Below, in pieces: positions 49,862 through 59,785 of a DNA stretch of 64,000 nt. The notes below the pieces were generated by a model. It ran no database searches. It saw only the letters and a program-made list of their open reading frames with translations, and was not told where the DNA came from. The first letter of the stretch is position 1. Each line of letters starts with the position of its first letter. The position numbers and the translations under genes were made by a program. Source of the DNA: an uncultured Woeseiaceae bacterium (GTDB lineage: Bacteria; Acidobacteriota; Vicinamibacteria; Vicinamibacterales; UBA823); NCBI GenBank assembly GCA_964569695.1, contig CAZMUA010000012.1, positions 2,059 to 66,058 of the forward strand, read 5' to 3'.

Positions 49862-50887
49862 ATGTTCGTCGACGAAGTCGACATTCAAGTAACGGCGGGA
49901 GATGGTGGTCGAGGCTGTCTAAGCTTTCGACGCGAGAAGTTCATTCCGCGTGGAGGACCTGACGGGGGTGACGGCGGAAACGGAGGTTCGATCTTCCTTG
50001 TCGCAAGTTCTCACGTTAACACTCTGATTAAATATCGCTTCCATCCAGAGTACAGAGCACGAAAAGGTTCTCACGGCGAAGGTTCAAACCGCACAGGCCG
50101 CAACGGCATTGATATTGAATTAGAAGTTCCAACCGGCACAACAGTCTTAGAGCAAATTAATGAGGATTACCACCAACTCGTTGACCTGACGAAGGTAGGC
50201 CAGCGCGCCCTCATAGCACGAGGTGGCAAAGGAGGTCGAGGTAACGCACGCTTCGCAACGTCGACTAATCAAGCTCCTCGACGAACAGAACCTGGGCAAC
50301 CCGGTGAAGATCGTCGACTGAAATTGAAACTAAAACTGTTGGCGGATGTTGGTCTTGTGGGGTTTCCCAACGTAGGTAAATCTACACTTATTGCACGTCT
50401 CTCAGCTGCCAGGCCCAAGATCGCCAATTACCCATTTACGACACTATCACCCAATCTCGGCGTTGTAACCTTGTCGGATGATCGGGATTTCGTTATGGCA
50501 GACGTCCCAGGACTCGTAAAAGGGGCGCACCGTGGATTAGGACTCGGACAACAGTTTCTGAGTCACCTCGAACGAACAAAAGTTCTCGTTCACATAGTGG
50601 ATGTTTCCTCGGAATCAGGGCGAGATCCAGTTGATGATTTCGAAATTATCTGCCAAGAACTTGAGCTGTTTGTTCCGCCTTCCACTGAAAAAAATAATGA
50701 TCGACTGAGTGAACGACCGAAGCTCGTGGTCGCTAACAAGATTGATGTGATGGATGAACCTGAGCGACTCGCTCGGCTGAGTAAAATCATGGCCGAACGA
50801 GGAATCTTACTCTTCCCTGTTTCAGCCATAACTGGCGAAGGATTGTCAGCTCTAGTTGAAGCTCTTTGGCAAATGATCAAGGAGTAG
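49862..50887 (+). CDS. obg: GTPase Obg/CgtA
   Basis: MFVDEV.. with glycine-rich Obg fold GGDGGNGGS. G1 GFPNVGKST, G3 DVPGL, G4 NKID. Confidence 0.96.
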   Translation: MFVDEVDIQVTAGDGGRGCLSFRREKFIPRGGPDGGDGGNGGSIFLVASSHVNTLIKYRFHPEYRARKGSHGEGSNRTGRNGIDIELEVPTGTTVLEQINEDYHQLVDLTKVGQRALIARGGKGGRGNARFATSTNQAPRRTEPGQPGEDRRLKLKLKLLADVGLVGFPNVGKSTLIARLSAARPKIANYPFTTLSPNLGVVTLSDDRDFVMADVPGLVKGAHRGLGLGQQFLSHLERTKVLVHIVDVSSESGRDPVDDFEIICQELELFVPPSTEKNNDRLSERPKLVVANKIDVMDEPERLARLSKIMAERGILLFPVSAITGEGLSALVEALWQMIKE

Positions 50888-50891
50888 GCTT

Positions 50892-51590
50892 ATGAACGAT
50901 CAAACTAGAGTCGGTATTTTTGGCGGCACATTCGACCCAATTCATTTTGGACACTTACAGGTGGCCGCCATTGCACAGAAGGCCTTGCATTTACATGATC
51001 TTCTGTTTTTACCATCCCACGTACCTCTACACCGAGGCTCCCCACCTCTGGCAAACCCTGAGCATCGTCTAGCAATGGTCAAATTGGCGGTGCGAAATCG
51101 AGCTGGTTTCCATGTATCGGAACTAGAATTGAGTTCACAAGAACCGTCCTACACTTCCAACACGCTGCGACGACTCGTTAACCAAGGTTATACGCCCCAA
51201 CAGCTGTTTTTTGTCATTGGAGCAGACGCATTCTCAGAAATTTCCACGTGGCGAGGTTATCCCGATATCCTAGATCAAGCACATTTCATAGTGGTTTCTA
51301 GGTCTGGACATTCAGTCGTGGAAATCCTTCGTCGTGTCTCGGGTTTAGATGACCGAATCAAAGAAATCCCTGAAGAACCCTCATTACCCGTGGACATAAT
51401 CCAAATGAAATTACACGAGCCGACGGTCTTTTTTGTCCAAGCTACGACTCCAAACATCTCGTCGAGCAGCGTGCGCCGTCAGATGGAGATCGGTGAATCC
51501 GTGGATGAACTGATTCCCCCTGAAGTCTTGAACTACATCCGTCAAAAAGACCTGTACGTATCATCGTCTGGTAAAAACAATTTTAAATGA
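50892..51590 (+). CDS. nadD: Nicotinate-nucleotide adenylyltransferase
   Basis: GIFGGTFDPIHFGHL and ...ISSSSVR. Conserved obg-nadD-rsfS order. Confidence 0.92.
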   Translation: MNDQTRVGIFGGTFDPIHFGHLQVAAIAQKALHLHDLLFLPSHVPLHRGSPPLANPEHRLAMVKLAVRNRAGFHVSELELSSQEPSYTSNTLRRLVNQGYTPQQLFFVIGADAFSEISTWRGYPDILDQAHFIVVSRSGHSVVEILRRVSGLDDRIKEIPEEPSLPVDIIQMKLHEPTVFFVQATTPNISSSSVRRQMEIGESVDELIPPEVLNYIRQKDLYVSSSGKNNFK

Positions 51591-51985
51591 CCACTAAACA
51601 AAACGAACCGTCCACCACTAACGCGACAACTCACCTGCCGGAATCAGTTAGACAAGCTGTAGAGGCAATGCGCGACAAGAAGGGCACTGACATGGTGATC
51701 CTTGATTTTCGCGGGACTGAAGTCTTCACGGATTTCTTCGTCGTGTGTTCCGGACAACACGTCAGACAAGTCAAAGCGATTGCAGACAACGTCGCTGAAC
51801 ACCTGCGGACACAGGCCATTAAACCAACACATGTGGAAGGTTACAATCGTGCAGACTGGGTATTAATGGACTTTTTTGATTTTGTAGTGCACATTTTTAC
51901 CCCAGAAACCCGATCCTTCTATTCATTGGAACGCCTATGGGCCAGTGGGAAATGTCTATATGTTGACAAGGATAAGGTTGGATAA
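51587..51985 (+). CDS. rsfS: Ribosome silencing factor RsfS (iojap-like)
   Basis: DKKGTDMVILDFRG..FTDFFVVCSG.., WVLMDFFDFVVHIF and ..FYSLERLW. ATGA overlap with nadD. Confidence 0.92.
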   Translation: MTTKQNEPSTTNATTHLPESVRQAVEAMRDKKGTDMVILDFRGTEVFTDFFVVCSGQHVRQVKAIADNVAEHLRTQAIKPTHVEGYNRADWVLMDFFDFVVHIFTPETRSFYSLERLWASGKCLYVDKDKVG

Positions 51986-51988
51986 CGA

Positions 51989-52618
51989 TTAGGAATCCTC
52001 GGCACGCACTTCGGAGTTACCCGTACTCAAGAGAGACGCAAGTCGTAACGAGACAGACGAAAAAACTTCGTCGGCAACATCTTCCTTAGATTGTTCACCA
52101 TCCACACGCACCCACGCCTCTTCTAATTGCTCAATATAACTCTTGCGAACTCGACCAAGCAGCGCTAGGTCGCGCTCGTACCGGTCGCGACCAACTGACT
52201 TCCGTCGAGCTGCAGTCTCAGGCATGATGTCAAGAAACACTGTCAGGTTTGGCTCCGGTAAGAAGCGCTGAATATCAGTCAACCATGCAGGATCCAGCGC
52301 CTGCGCTGTACCATAAGCAATGCTAGACGCCACATACCGATCGCAGATGATTACAAGACCGCCAGTCAACCATCGCTCCAGGTCGCTCCGACGTTCATAT
52401 CTATTGGCTACGTAGAGCAATTGCATCACATCACTGGGATAATCTCGCTCACCCTGCAGCGCCCTAGCGATCTCCTCACCAATAGAGGTACCGTAGTCTG
52501 GAAAGGAAACAACTCGTGATTTATTACCATTTTCTCGCAATCTGTCACGCAGCAGTTGCGCCTGGGTCTCTTTTCCACTTTGATCAAGGCCTTCGAACGC
52601 TATTAAAACTCCTGCCAT
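51989..52618 (-). CDS. tmk: Thymidylate kinase
   Basis: P-loop IAFEGLDQSGKETQ and CDRYVASS. ATG at 52618 has AGGAG 5 nt upstream and avoids overlapping lysA. Confidence 0.85.
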   Translation of the reverse strand: MAGVLIAFEGLDQSGKETQAQLLRDRLRENGNKSRVVSFPDYGTSIGEEIARALQGERDYPSDVMQLLYVANRYERRSDLERWLTGGLVIICDRYVASSIAYGTAQALDPAWLTDIQRFLPEPNLTVFLDIMPETAARRKSVGRDRYERDLALLGRVRKSYIEQLEEAWVRVDGEQSKEDVADEVFSSVSLRLASLLSTGNSEVRAEDS

Positions 52619-52626
52619 GTGTGCTC

Positions 52627-53877
52627 CTATAAACAATGGAACTCGTCAGTCAGCATTCCCTCAAGTGACTCACGAGATTTAATAAGTCGCCATTGTTCCC
52701 CTTCGACCAACACTTCAGCTGGCCGAGGTCGACGATTGTAATTCGATGACATCGTGGAACCGTAAGCACCTGCATCAAGAATTCCAATGACATCTCCAAC
52801 TTCCAATGGCGGTAAACAATGATCCGTGCCGAAAGAATCACTGCTCTCGCAAAGCGGTCCGACAACATCATACATAGTACTTGACCCACTCCTAGCGACT
52901 GCCGGTATTAGGCGATGCCGAGCACCATACAGTGCTGGACGCATAAATTCGCTCATGCCAGCATCGAGAACAGCAAAAAACCTGTTAGTTGACTGTTTCT
53001 TTACATCAACCACGCGTGAGATTAACGCGCCAGCAGGACCCACAAGCCAGCGTCCTGGCTCAAGCAACATCGTTAAATTAGAACCGTGAAATTCGTCTAT
53101 TAACATCGTTACATAGTCAGTAATCTCGAGTACTTTTGATCCATCATGGGAAATTCCTAGTCCGCCACCAACATCTACATTTTCCAAGACAATACCAGAC
53201 TGGGCGAGCTCTTGAGCTAAGTCGATTAGCATGCGTGTCGCTTGACGAATTGGTTCGATCATTACAATCTGAGAACCGATATGCGCATGGACACCGACGA
53301 GCTTCAATTCTTCTCTTCTCGCTGCTTCACGATAAATCGTCAAGGCATCTTCAATTGGAACGCCAAACTTAGCACGTTGGATACCAGTCGAAATATGAGG
53401 GTGACTGAGAGCGTCGATACCAGGATTGATCCGAACAGATACATTGGCTATTAGTTTATGGCCGCGTGCTATCTCCTGAATCCGCGCCAATTCCCCTGGC
53501 GACTCTACATTAATTGTCTTAACGCCGAGAGAAACAGCCTTGAGCAGTTCATCCCTTGTTTTTCCAACACCCGTGAATACAATTTCTTGTGGCGTGTATC
53601 CAGCCCGTAAAGCCACTTCCATTTCTCCACCTGAATTGACATCGACAGAGGCCCCTAAGCCTCGAAGCAATTTCACGATGCCAAGTGTTGAGTTTGCTTT
53701 CAAAGCGTAATGCACAGAATGCGGGTATTTTGACAATGAGCGAGTTAGCTCAAGGTACCGCCGACTAATTTCGTCAGCACTGTAGACGTATGAAGGCGTC
53801 CCAACTGCATCGGCAAGATCGACTAGTCGCACGCCATCACAACTCAAGATGCCTTGATAATCATGAAATCCAGTCAT
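52627..53877 (-). CDS. lysA: Diaminopimelate decarboxylase
   Basis: TPSYVYSADEI, PLP-Lys context HYALKANS, VGGGLGIS and GPLCESSD. ATG at 53877 (MTGFHDY...) is chosen. The track's upstream extension (31 codons) looks non-genic. Confidence 0.93.
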   Translation of the reverse strand: MTGFHDYQGILSCDGVRLVDLADAVGTPSYVYSADEISRRYLELTRSLSKYPHSVHYALKANSTLGIVKLLRGLGASVDVNSGGEMEVALRAGYTPQEIVFTGVGKTRDELLKAVSLGVKTINVESPGELARIQEIARGHKLIANVSVRINPGIDALSHPHISTGIQRAKFGVPIEDALTIYREAARREELKLVGVHAHIGSQIVMIEPIRQATRMLIDLAQELAQSGIVLENVDVGGGLGISHDGSKVLEITDYVTMLIDEFHGSNLTMLLEPGRWLVGPAGALISRVVDVKKQSTNRFFAVLDAGMSEFMRPALYGARHRLIPAVARSGSSTMYDVVGPLCESSDSFGTDHCLPPLEVGDVIGILDAGAYGSTMSSNYNRRPRPAEVLVEGEQWRLIKSRESLEGMLTDEFHCL

Positions 53878-54084
53878 AATCAATAGCTGTATATTATGAA
53901 AACGCCTACCATCTGAAACAGTCGACCACGGCTGACAAACTAACGCTTCGCCGCACAACCCCAAGATCACTAGGGTCTAAGGTTGAAATTGGCCAAAGAG
54001 GAGATCAATTGATTCGAGAACCGCAGGTTGACTGTTCAATAAATCGTATCCTGCGAAGAAAGCGAACAACGGTTAACTGGTAAT

Positions 54085-55002
54085 TTAAACAGATCGCTTC
54101 GCAGGAAGTGCCATAGGATCCGCAATAACTGTTTGGTCCGCTGGGGCTTCATCGATTTGCCAAGCGTTAACATCTTCAAGGACTTTCGCAGCGAAATCTG
54201 TATGGAGCTTGTGTCCACCACGATGTGCGACCACATGTCCGATAATAGGATAGCCAAGCAACACCAGGTCGCCAACCACGTCAAGAATTTTATGCCGAAC
54301 AAACTCATCTTCATAGCGAAGCACGCTATTCAAGACCCCTGTTTCACCAAGGACAACAGCATTATCAAGCGATCCTCCAAGGGCCAGTCCTTGACGTCGT
54401 AGCATCTCGACTTCCTTCAGAAAGCCGAAGGTGCGTGCTGGTGCGATTTGATCGATGAAGGCTGTTTCATCTAATAGGATTGTCCGAGACTGATGACGTA
54501 ATAACGGATGATCGAAACTGATGCTGTAGGTCACCTTAAACTGCTCTGCAGGGTACAAAGCGATCCGCTTGTCTCCCTGGTCCAAGGAAATAGCGCGCAA
54601 AACCCTCAGGTACCGTCTTGGCATGCCGAGTTGTTTTATTCCAGCTTCCTGAATCAAATAGACGAACGGCGCAGCGCTGCCATCCATGATCGGGACCTCT
54701 GGAGAGTTCAACTCAACTATCACGTTATCAACACCAAGACTCACCAGAGCAGAAAGTAGGTGTTCGACGGTGTCGACTGAAGCAGCATCACGCGAGAGAC
54801 CCGTCGCATAACCTGTCGCATAGCGGATGCTCGATAAATTTTCAACAGTGGCAGGTATCTCTAAGCCACCAAGGTCGAAACGCTGAAAACGAATGCCGTA
54901 ATCTGCTGGTGCCGGTTTGAGTGACAACGTAACCTTATTGCCGGAATGCAGGCCAATGCCGGCGCAAGAAACAGCCCGTCGTAAAGTTCTTTGCACTTTC
55001 AT
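54085..55002 (-). CDS. lpxC: UDP-3-O-acyl-N-acetylglucosamine deacetylase
   Basis: QRTLRRAVSCAGIGLHSGNKV, VDTVEHLLSAL, FVRHKILDVVGDL and GHVVAHRGGH. Confidence 0.95.
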   Translation of the reverse strand: MKVQRTLRRAVSCAGIGLHSGNKVTLSLKPAPADYGIRFQRFDLGGLEIPATVENLSSIRYATGYATGLSRDAASVDTVEHLLSALVSLGVDNVIVELNSPEVPIMDGSAAPFVYLIQEAGIKQLGMPRRYLRVLRAISLDQGDKRIALYPAEQFKVTYSISFDHPLLRHQSRTILLDETAFIDQIAPARTFGFLKEVEMLRRQGLALGGSLDNAVVLGETGVLNSVLRYEDEFVRHKILDVVGDLVLLGYPIIGHVVAHRGGHKLHTDFAAKVLEDVNAWQIDEAPADQTVIADPMALPAKRSV

Positions 55003-55050
55003 ATCTTCCCGGCTAATAACTATAAGGCTTTTACCAATCTACTGCCATGT

Positions 55051-55079
55051 ATTGTGATTCTTTTAGAATTATCGGTCAA
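55051..55079 (-). promoter_or_regulatory. Candidate sigma-70 promoter for lpxC (TTGACC-N17-CACAAT)
   Basis: The minus strand reads TTGACC (55079-55074), a 17-nt spacer, then CACAAT (55056-55051). It sits in the 152-nt uvrA-lpxC gap and is flanked by two copies of a 12-nt repeat. Confidence 0.3.
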
Positions 55080-55154
55080 GATAAGGCTTTTAAACAGCAG
55101 ATAAACATGCAAGTTAGGAGTATAGTTCGCTATTTTTTGCGTGCTAACCACACA

Positions 55155-58025
55155 TCAAACGACTTTAACTGCTGGATCTCGGTCACCATAGAGAATCCTC
55201 GACAAACTCACCCCTGTAAATGATTCAGGGTTCTTACAAATAACCTCAGGAGGCCCTTCGGCTACAATCTGCCCTCCCTCTTCACCACCTTCTGGACCTA
55301 GATCAATGACATGGTCAGCACATTTAATGACATCAAGATTATGCTCAATGACGACTACCGTATTGCCTTGATCTACAAGTTTATTAAGCACGTCCAACAG
55401 CTTCCGTGTGTCTTCAAAATGGAGTCCAGTCGTTGGTTCATCCAAGATGTATAAACTCCGGCCCGTTCCCCGACGGGCTAGTTCCTTAGCAAGTTTCACT
55501 CGCTGTGCTTCTCCTCCGCTCAAAGTAGTCGCCGACTGGCCAAGTTTGATGTAACCAAGACCTACATCTTGCAACGTTCGAAGTTTCACTTCGATGGGGG
55601 GGAAATTTTCAAGGAACGGAAGAGCCTGATCGACAGCAAGCTCTAGAACGTCAGCTACGGATTTACCTCGATATTTAATCTCTAAGGTTTCACGATTGTA
55701 CCGACGACCTTTACAGGATTCACACGTTACATAGACATTAGGTAGAAATTGCATTTCGATCGCAATCACTCCGTCACCTTGACATGTTTCACAGCGTCCA
55801 CCCTTGACGTTAAATGAAAATCTACCTGGGCGAAAACCTCGAGCTTTCGCTTCAGGTAGCATTGCAAACAACTCACGAACAAAAGTGAACAGTCCCGTGT
55901 AGGTTGCAGGATTTGATCGTGGCGTACGACCAATCGGCGATTGGTCAATCTGGATAATTTTATCTATGAACTCGGTGTTATCAATGCGGTCATGCTCTCC
56001 GGGTTTGTCAGAGGCTCTGTACAAAGTCTTGGCCAACGACCGATAGACAATGTCATTAACAAGGGTCGACTTACCAGAGCCGCTGACTCCAGTAATGGCA
56101 GAAAAAACGCCCATAGGAATGCGGACATCGATGTTCTTGAGATTATTAGCTTTAGCACCACGCACACACAACGCACCACGTACCGCTTGCCTTCGTTTAG
56201 ATGGACACGGAATGTTTCGTTCGCCACGAAGATACTGGCCCGTTAGGGAATTACTCTTGCGATGCAGTAATGCCTCAACCTCACCTTGAAAAATCACTCG
56301 GCCACCATGTTCACCGGCACCCAATCCAAGATCGATTACATAATCTGCCGAACGAATTGTTTCTTCGTCATGCTCGACAACAATCACGGTATTCCCTAGA
56401 TCTCGTAGACTGGCGAGCGTCTCTAGTAAAAGGCGATTATCGCGCTGATGGAGACCAATCGAAGGCTCGTCAAGTACGTACAACACACCAACAAGCTTCG
56501 CACCGATCTGAGTTGCTAGTCTTATGCGTTGACCTTCTCCCCCTGAGAGTGTTGCAGCACTGCGGTCGAGTGCAAGGTACCCAACTCCAACATCATCAAG
56601 AAATCGTAACCTTTCAAGAATTTCACGAATGATACGACCACTAATTAAGTGTTCACGATCAGTTAATTCCAAGTTTGAAAAAATATTGATAACGTCAGAT
56701 ATTGCCAAACGCACATACTCAGAAATCGTGCGACCCTTAACTGTCACTCCCCGACTGTGAGGTTTCAATCGCTCACCTTTACACGAATCGCATTTGAGAA
56801 GAGCGCGGTACGGTTCGAGTGTTGTTTGATCGGAAGGGTCTCCTTCCTCGTAACGCTTCCGCATATTTGACACAATGCCTTCAAACCCATTACTCAAAGA
56901 CTCGCGTTTGCGCGGAACGTTGCTTCGGTTAGATTTTTTTTCTTTGTTATCAATCCTTCGCGAAACCTCTGGACGACCGTAAAACAGTAATTCCTTCATC
57001 TTTTTAGGTAAGGCACGAAACGGTTTATCGAGAGGCACCTTGAACTTACGGTTGATACGCAACAGTGCTTCGCGAACCAGTTTTTTGTCTCCCTGCACCC
57101 AAGGCTCGATTGCGCCATCAAGGAGTGAACGTGACGAGTCAGGAACGATCCGCGTAGGATCGAAATCCTTTACCACGCCAAGACCTTGACAGTTTGTGCA
57201 AGCGCCATGGGGAGAATTGAATGAAAACGCGCGAGGGGTCATTTCAGGCATACTGATGCCACAATATGCGCACGCTAGCACTCTTGAAAATAATCGGTCT
57301 CCGCCTTCGTAACTATTAATGATGACAGTATCATCAGCTAGCTTTAGAGCTACTTGGATCGATTCACTGAGTCGCCTCTCCATATCGGGCTTCACAATTA
57401 GCCGGTCTACAACTACTTCGATGGTATGTTTCCGACGACGGTCAATTCTTAGGTCACTTTCAAGTGTCTGTAACTCACCATCAACGCGCACTCGAGTAAA
57501 CCCTTTACTTCGCAGAGCGGCCAGTTCTTTCTTGAACTCACCCTTCCGTCCTCTGACAATCGGTGCAAGAATGTTGACGCGCTCACCAGTTGGATCAGCT
57601 TTCACCAAGTCGATGATTTGCTCTACCGATTGGGAGGCAATCTCTCGTCCGCACTGCGCACAGTGCGGTAAGCCAATACTAGCGAAGAGTAATCTGAGGT
57701 AGTCATATACCTCAGTAACCGTACCAACGGTTGACCTCGGGTTAGACCCCGTTGTCTTTTGCTCAATTGAAATGGAGGGTGACAGGCCGTCTATTGCATC
57801 AACGTCAGGCTTCTCCATCTGTTCAAGAAACTGACGAGCGTAAGCCGACAATGACTCAACATACCTGCGTTGTCCTTCAGCATACACAGTGTCAAATGCT
57901 AGTGACGATTTCCCTGAACCAGAAAGTCCAGTAATGACAACGAGCTGATCCCGTGGGATGTCAACGTCAATATTCTTGAGATTGTTAACGCGTGCACCGC
58001 GTACGGCGATTGTTTCGTGTGACAT
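55155..58025 (-). CDS. uvrA: Excinuclease ABC subunit A
   Basis: 956 aa. Two ABC modules (GLSGSGKSS and GVSGSGKST), zinc modules CAQC and CAYC...CTNC, and signature LSGGEAQRVKLA. Confidence 0.97.
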   Translation of the reverse strand: MSHETIAVRGARVNNLKNIDVDIPRDQLVVITGLSGSGKSSLAFDTVYAEGQRRYVESLSAYARQFLEQMEKPDVDAIDGLSPSISIEQKTTGSNPRSTVGTVTEVYDYLRLLFASIGLPHCAQCGREIASQSVEQIIDLVKADPTGERVNILAPIVRGRKGEFKKELAALRSKGFTRVRVDGELQTLESDLRIDRRRKHTIEVVVDRLIVKPDMERRLSESIQVALKLADDTVIINSYEGGDRLFSRVLACAYCGISMPEMTPRAFSFNSPHGACTNCQGLGVVKDFDPTRIVPDSSRSLLDGAIEPWVQGDKKLVREALLRINRKFKVPLDKPFRALPKKMKELLFYGRPEVSRRIDNKEKKSNRSNVPRKRESLSNGFEGIVSNMRKRYEEGDPSDQTTLEPYRALLKCDSCKGERLKPHSRGVTVKGRTISEYVRLAISDVINIFSNLELTDREHLISGRIIREILERLRFLDDVGVGYLALDRSAATLSGGEGQRIRLATQIGAKLVGVLYVLDEPSIGLHQRDNRLLLETLASLRDLGNTVIVVEHDEETIRSADYVIDLGLGAGEHGGRVIFQGEVEALLHRKSNSLTGQYLRGERNIPCPSKRRQAVRGALCVRGAKANNLKNIDVRIPMGVFSAITGVSGSGKSTLVNDIVYRSLAKTLYRASDKPGEHDRIDNTEFIDKIIQIDQSPIGRTPRSNPATYTGLFTFVRELFAMLPEAKARGFRPGRFSFNVKGGRCETCQGDGVIAIEMQFLPNVYVTCESCKGRRYNRETLEIKYRGKSVADVLELAVDQALPFLENFPPIEVKLRTLQDVGLGYIKLGQSATTLSGGEAQRVKLAKELARRGTGRSLYILDEPTTGLHFEDTRKLLDVLNKLVDQGNTVVVIEHNLDVIKCADHVIDLGPEGGEEGGQIVAEGPPEVICKNPESFTGVSLSRILYGDRDPAVKVV

Positions 58026-58172
58026 ATCGCACGGTCAGGCTGGTCTTATCAATGCTAAACCCTAATATTTTATCACCAACTTGTTAGACTTTATTCAAGT
58101 GCCAGGACCCGAAGGGTAGATCGCAACCAAATTAACAACAACTACCGAGACTTATGGTGCAAATCACCCAAG

Positions 58173-59171
58173 TTAAACGTTTAAGTGATACGCAACTTCA
58201 TTGGATGTCACAACGAGGCCACCGTTAGGATTAATGGCTACCCCAACCAGTTCCGGTGCAGTCAAAACCTGCTCTGTCTTACCCTGATCCGTGACACGGT
58301 AAAGACCACTAGCACCAGCAAGCGCTTCAACGATGTAGAGTGTCCCATGTTTATCAAACGTTAATCCCTGAGGCCGGCCGAATACAGTACCTAGAGACTG
58401 AACTTCGCCTTGTCTATTTATACGATAGATGGTATCAGTCGACGAAAGAGTTGGGGCCGATACGTATAAAGCTTGATCGTTGGGTCGCACTGTAAGGTGA
58501 AATGCTGCAACACTAGCTGGCAGCGAAGCAAAAACAGACTTCTTACCGGCTTGATCGACTTTAAAAATCGTACCAGAACGGTCACCAACAAACAAAGTGC
58601 CATCACTGTCAAATGCCAATCCACTCGCAACGCCCAAATCTGTCGCAAACGTCTCGACCTGTCCTGTTGGCGAAACACGGTAAACAGTCCCCTCAAACCG
58701 ACTCGACACATAAAGTTGATCGAAGCTATCGAACACCATTGAGGTGGGATTGGCAATGCCAGACACGAAGGGTTCGCGATTACCATTTGGCGTGACACGA
58801 AAAATAGAAACTGGAGCCTGGTGCTCACGAGTCCCACTAAAAGTCACGTACAAGTTACCAGCACGATCAAAAGCGGGACTGTCAACTTGATGTAAACTCG
58901 TGGCAACCGGCGCACCGAGGTTAACCTCAGCCGTCGCTGATCGCTGTCCACCAATCGTAATCAGAGCTCGGCCAGTCGGCACACCTACAGGCACCAAAAC
59001 CCTAAGAAGTCTTGACGATGCAAATACAATCCTGCTGAAAACCTCACCAATCCTAACTTCCGGTAACTCTCCAACTTCATCAAAAAAACCTTCACCCTCA
59101 ATCGTGACACGCCCCCCCTCGATTGCCCAAGAGGGACGAACAACTGTCATGTTGGTTAACTTATGAGGCAT
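58173..59171 (-). CDS. IPT/TIG domain + six-bladed beta-propeller (NHL/SMP-30-like) protein
   Basis: The N-terminal ~85 aa are Ig-like (GGRVTIEGEGF...RVLVPVGVPTGRALITIGG). After that come repeated blades such as SGLAFDSDGTLFVGDRSGTIFKV and PQGLTFDKHGTLYIVE. No signal peptide seen. Confidence 0.6.
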   Translation of the reverse strand: MPHKLTNMTVVRPSWAIEGGRVTIEGEGFFDEVGELPEVRIGEVFSRIVFASSRLLRVLVPVGVPTGRALITIGGQRSATAEVNLGAPVATSLHQVDSPAFDRAGNLYVTFSGTREHQAPVSIFRVTPNGNREPFVSGIANPTSMVFDSFDQLYVSSRFEGTVYRVSPTGQVETFATDLGVASGLAFDSDGTLFVGDRSGTIFKVDQAGKKSVFASLPASVAAFHLTVRPNDQALYVSAPTLSSTDTIYRINRQGEVQSLGTVFGRPQGLTFDKHGTLYIVEALAGASGLYRVTDQGKTEQVLTAPELVGVAINPNGGLVVTSNEVAYHLNV

Positions 59172-59242
59172 GCAAGTAGAGAGATCTCAATAACGCAGAT
59201 CCGTAATTCAAAATCAAGTGGTGGATTCAAGGTTCTTCAACT

Positions 59243-59776
59243 TTAAGAATCGTCTAATTCGATGTTCCAGTAAATGTAATCGCGCCAGCTTTCTGGAGTT
59301 TCACGGAGACCGACCGAGATTCTGATAGCCGGTGTCCGTGTGGGTCGTTTAGGCATGCGAATCAGTCGCATGCCAGCCTCAGCTGGCGTCCTACCGCCTT
59401 TACTTCGATTACAAGTAATGCAGCAGGTGACAATATTCTCCCAATCCTTTCGTCCACCCTGCGCAACCGGAACAATGTGGTCAAACGTAAGGTCAGTCGA
59501 GGGTGGTGTCTGCCCACAATACTGACAAGCGTGATGATCCCGAGCGTAGATATTCGCACGGGAAAACGGAACTGTGTCGAAACGCCGCTTAATCTTAATA
59601 TAACGAAGAAGTCGAATAACCGATGGCAATTTAATACTAAACGAAACCGAACGAATCTCACGATCGTAGACCGAAACAACTTCTACCTTACCTTGACATA
59701 AAAGTGTGATGGCTTTCTGCCAGTTCACTACCTTCAGTGGTTCGTATGTAGCATTAAGTAGAAGGGTTTGTTCCAT
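59243..59776 (-). CDS. HNH endonuclease-domain protein (COG1403-like)
   Basis: CQYCG...LTFDHIVPVAQGG...WENIVTCCITCNRSKG: an HNH core with two CxxC/CxxN zinc knuckles. Starts 9 nt after the upstream aldolase gene. Confidence 0.85.
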   Translation of the reverse strand: MEQTLLLNATYEPLKVVNWQKAITLLCQGKVEVVSVYDREIRSVSFSIKLPSVIRLLRYIKIKRRFDTVPFSRANIYARDHHACQYCGQTPPSTDLTFDHIVPVAQGGRKDWENIVTCCITCNRSKGGRTPAEAGMRLIRMPKRPTRTPAIRISVGLRETPESWRDYIYWNIELDDS

Positions 59777-59785
59777 ACCTAAACA

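Noticed and set aside
53878-54084. Possible lysine riboswitch (L-box) upstream of lysA.
   Set aside because: The 207-nt lpxC-lysA gap shows none of the conserved L-box segments I can recall and no obvious multi-stem architecture.
58026-58172. Possible SOS (LexA) box upstream of uvrA.
   Set aside because: No CTGT-N8-ACAG or GAAC-N4-GTTC type palindrome is present in the 147-nt upstream region.
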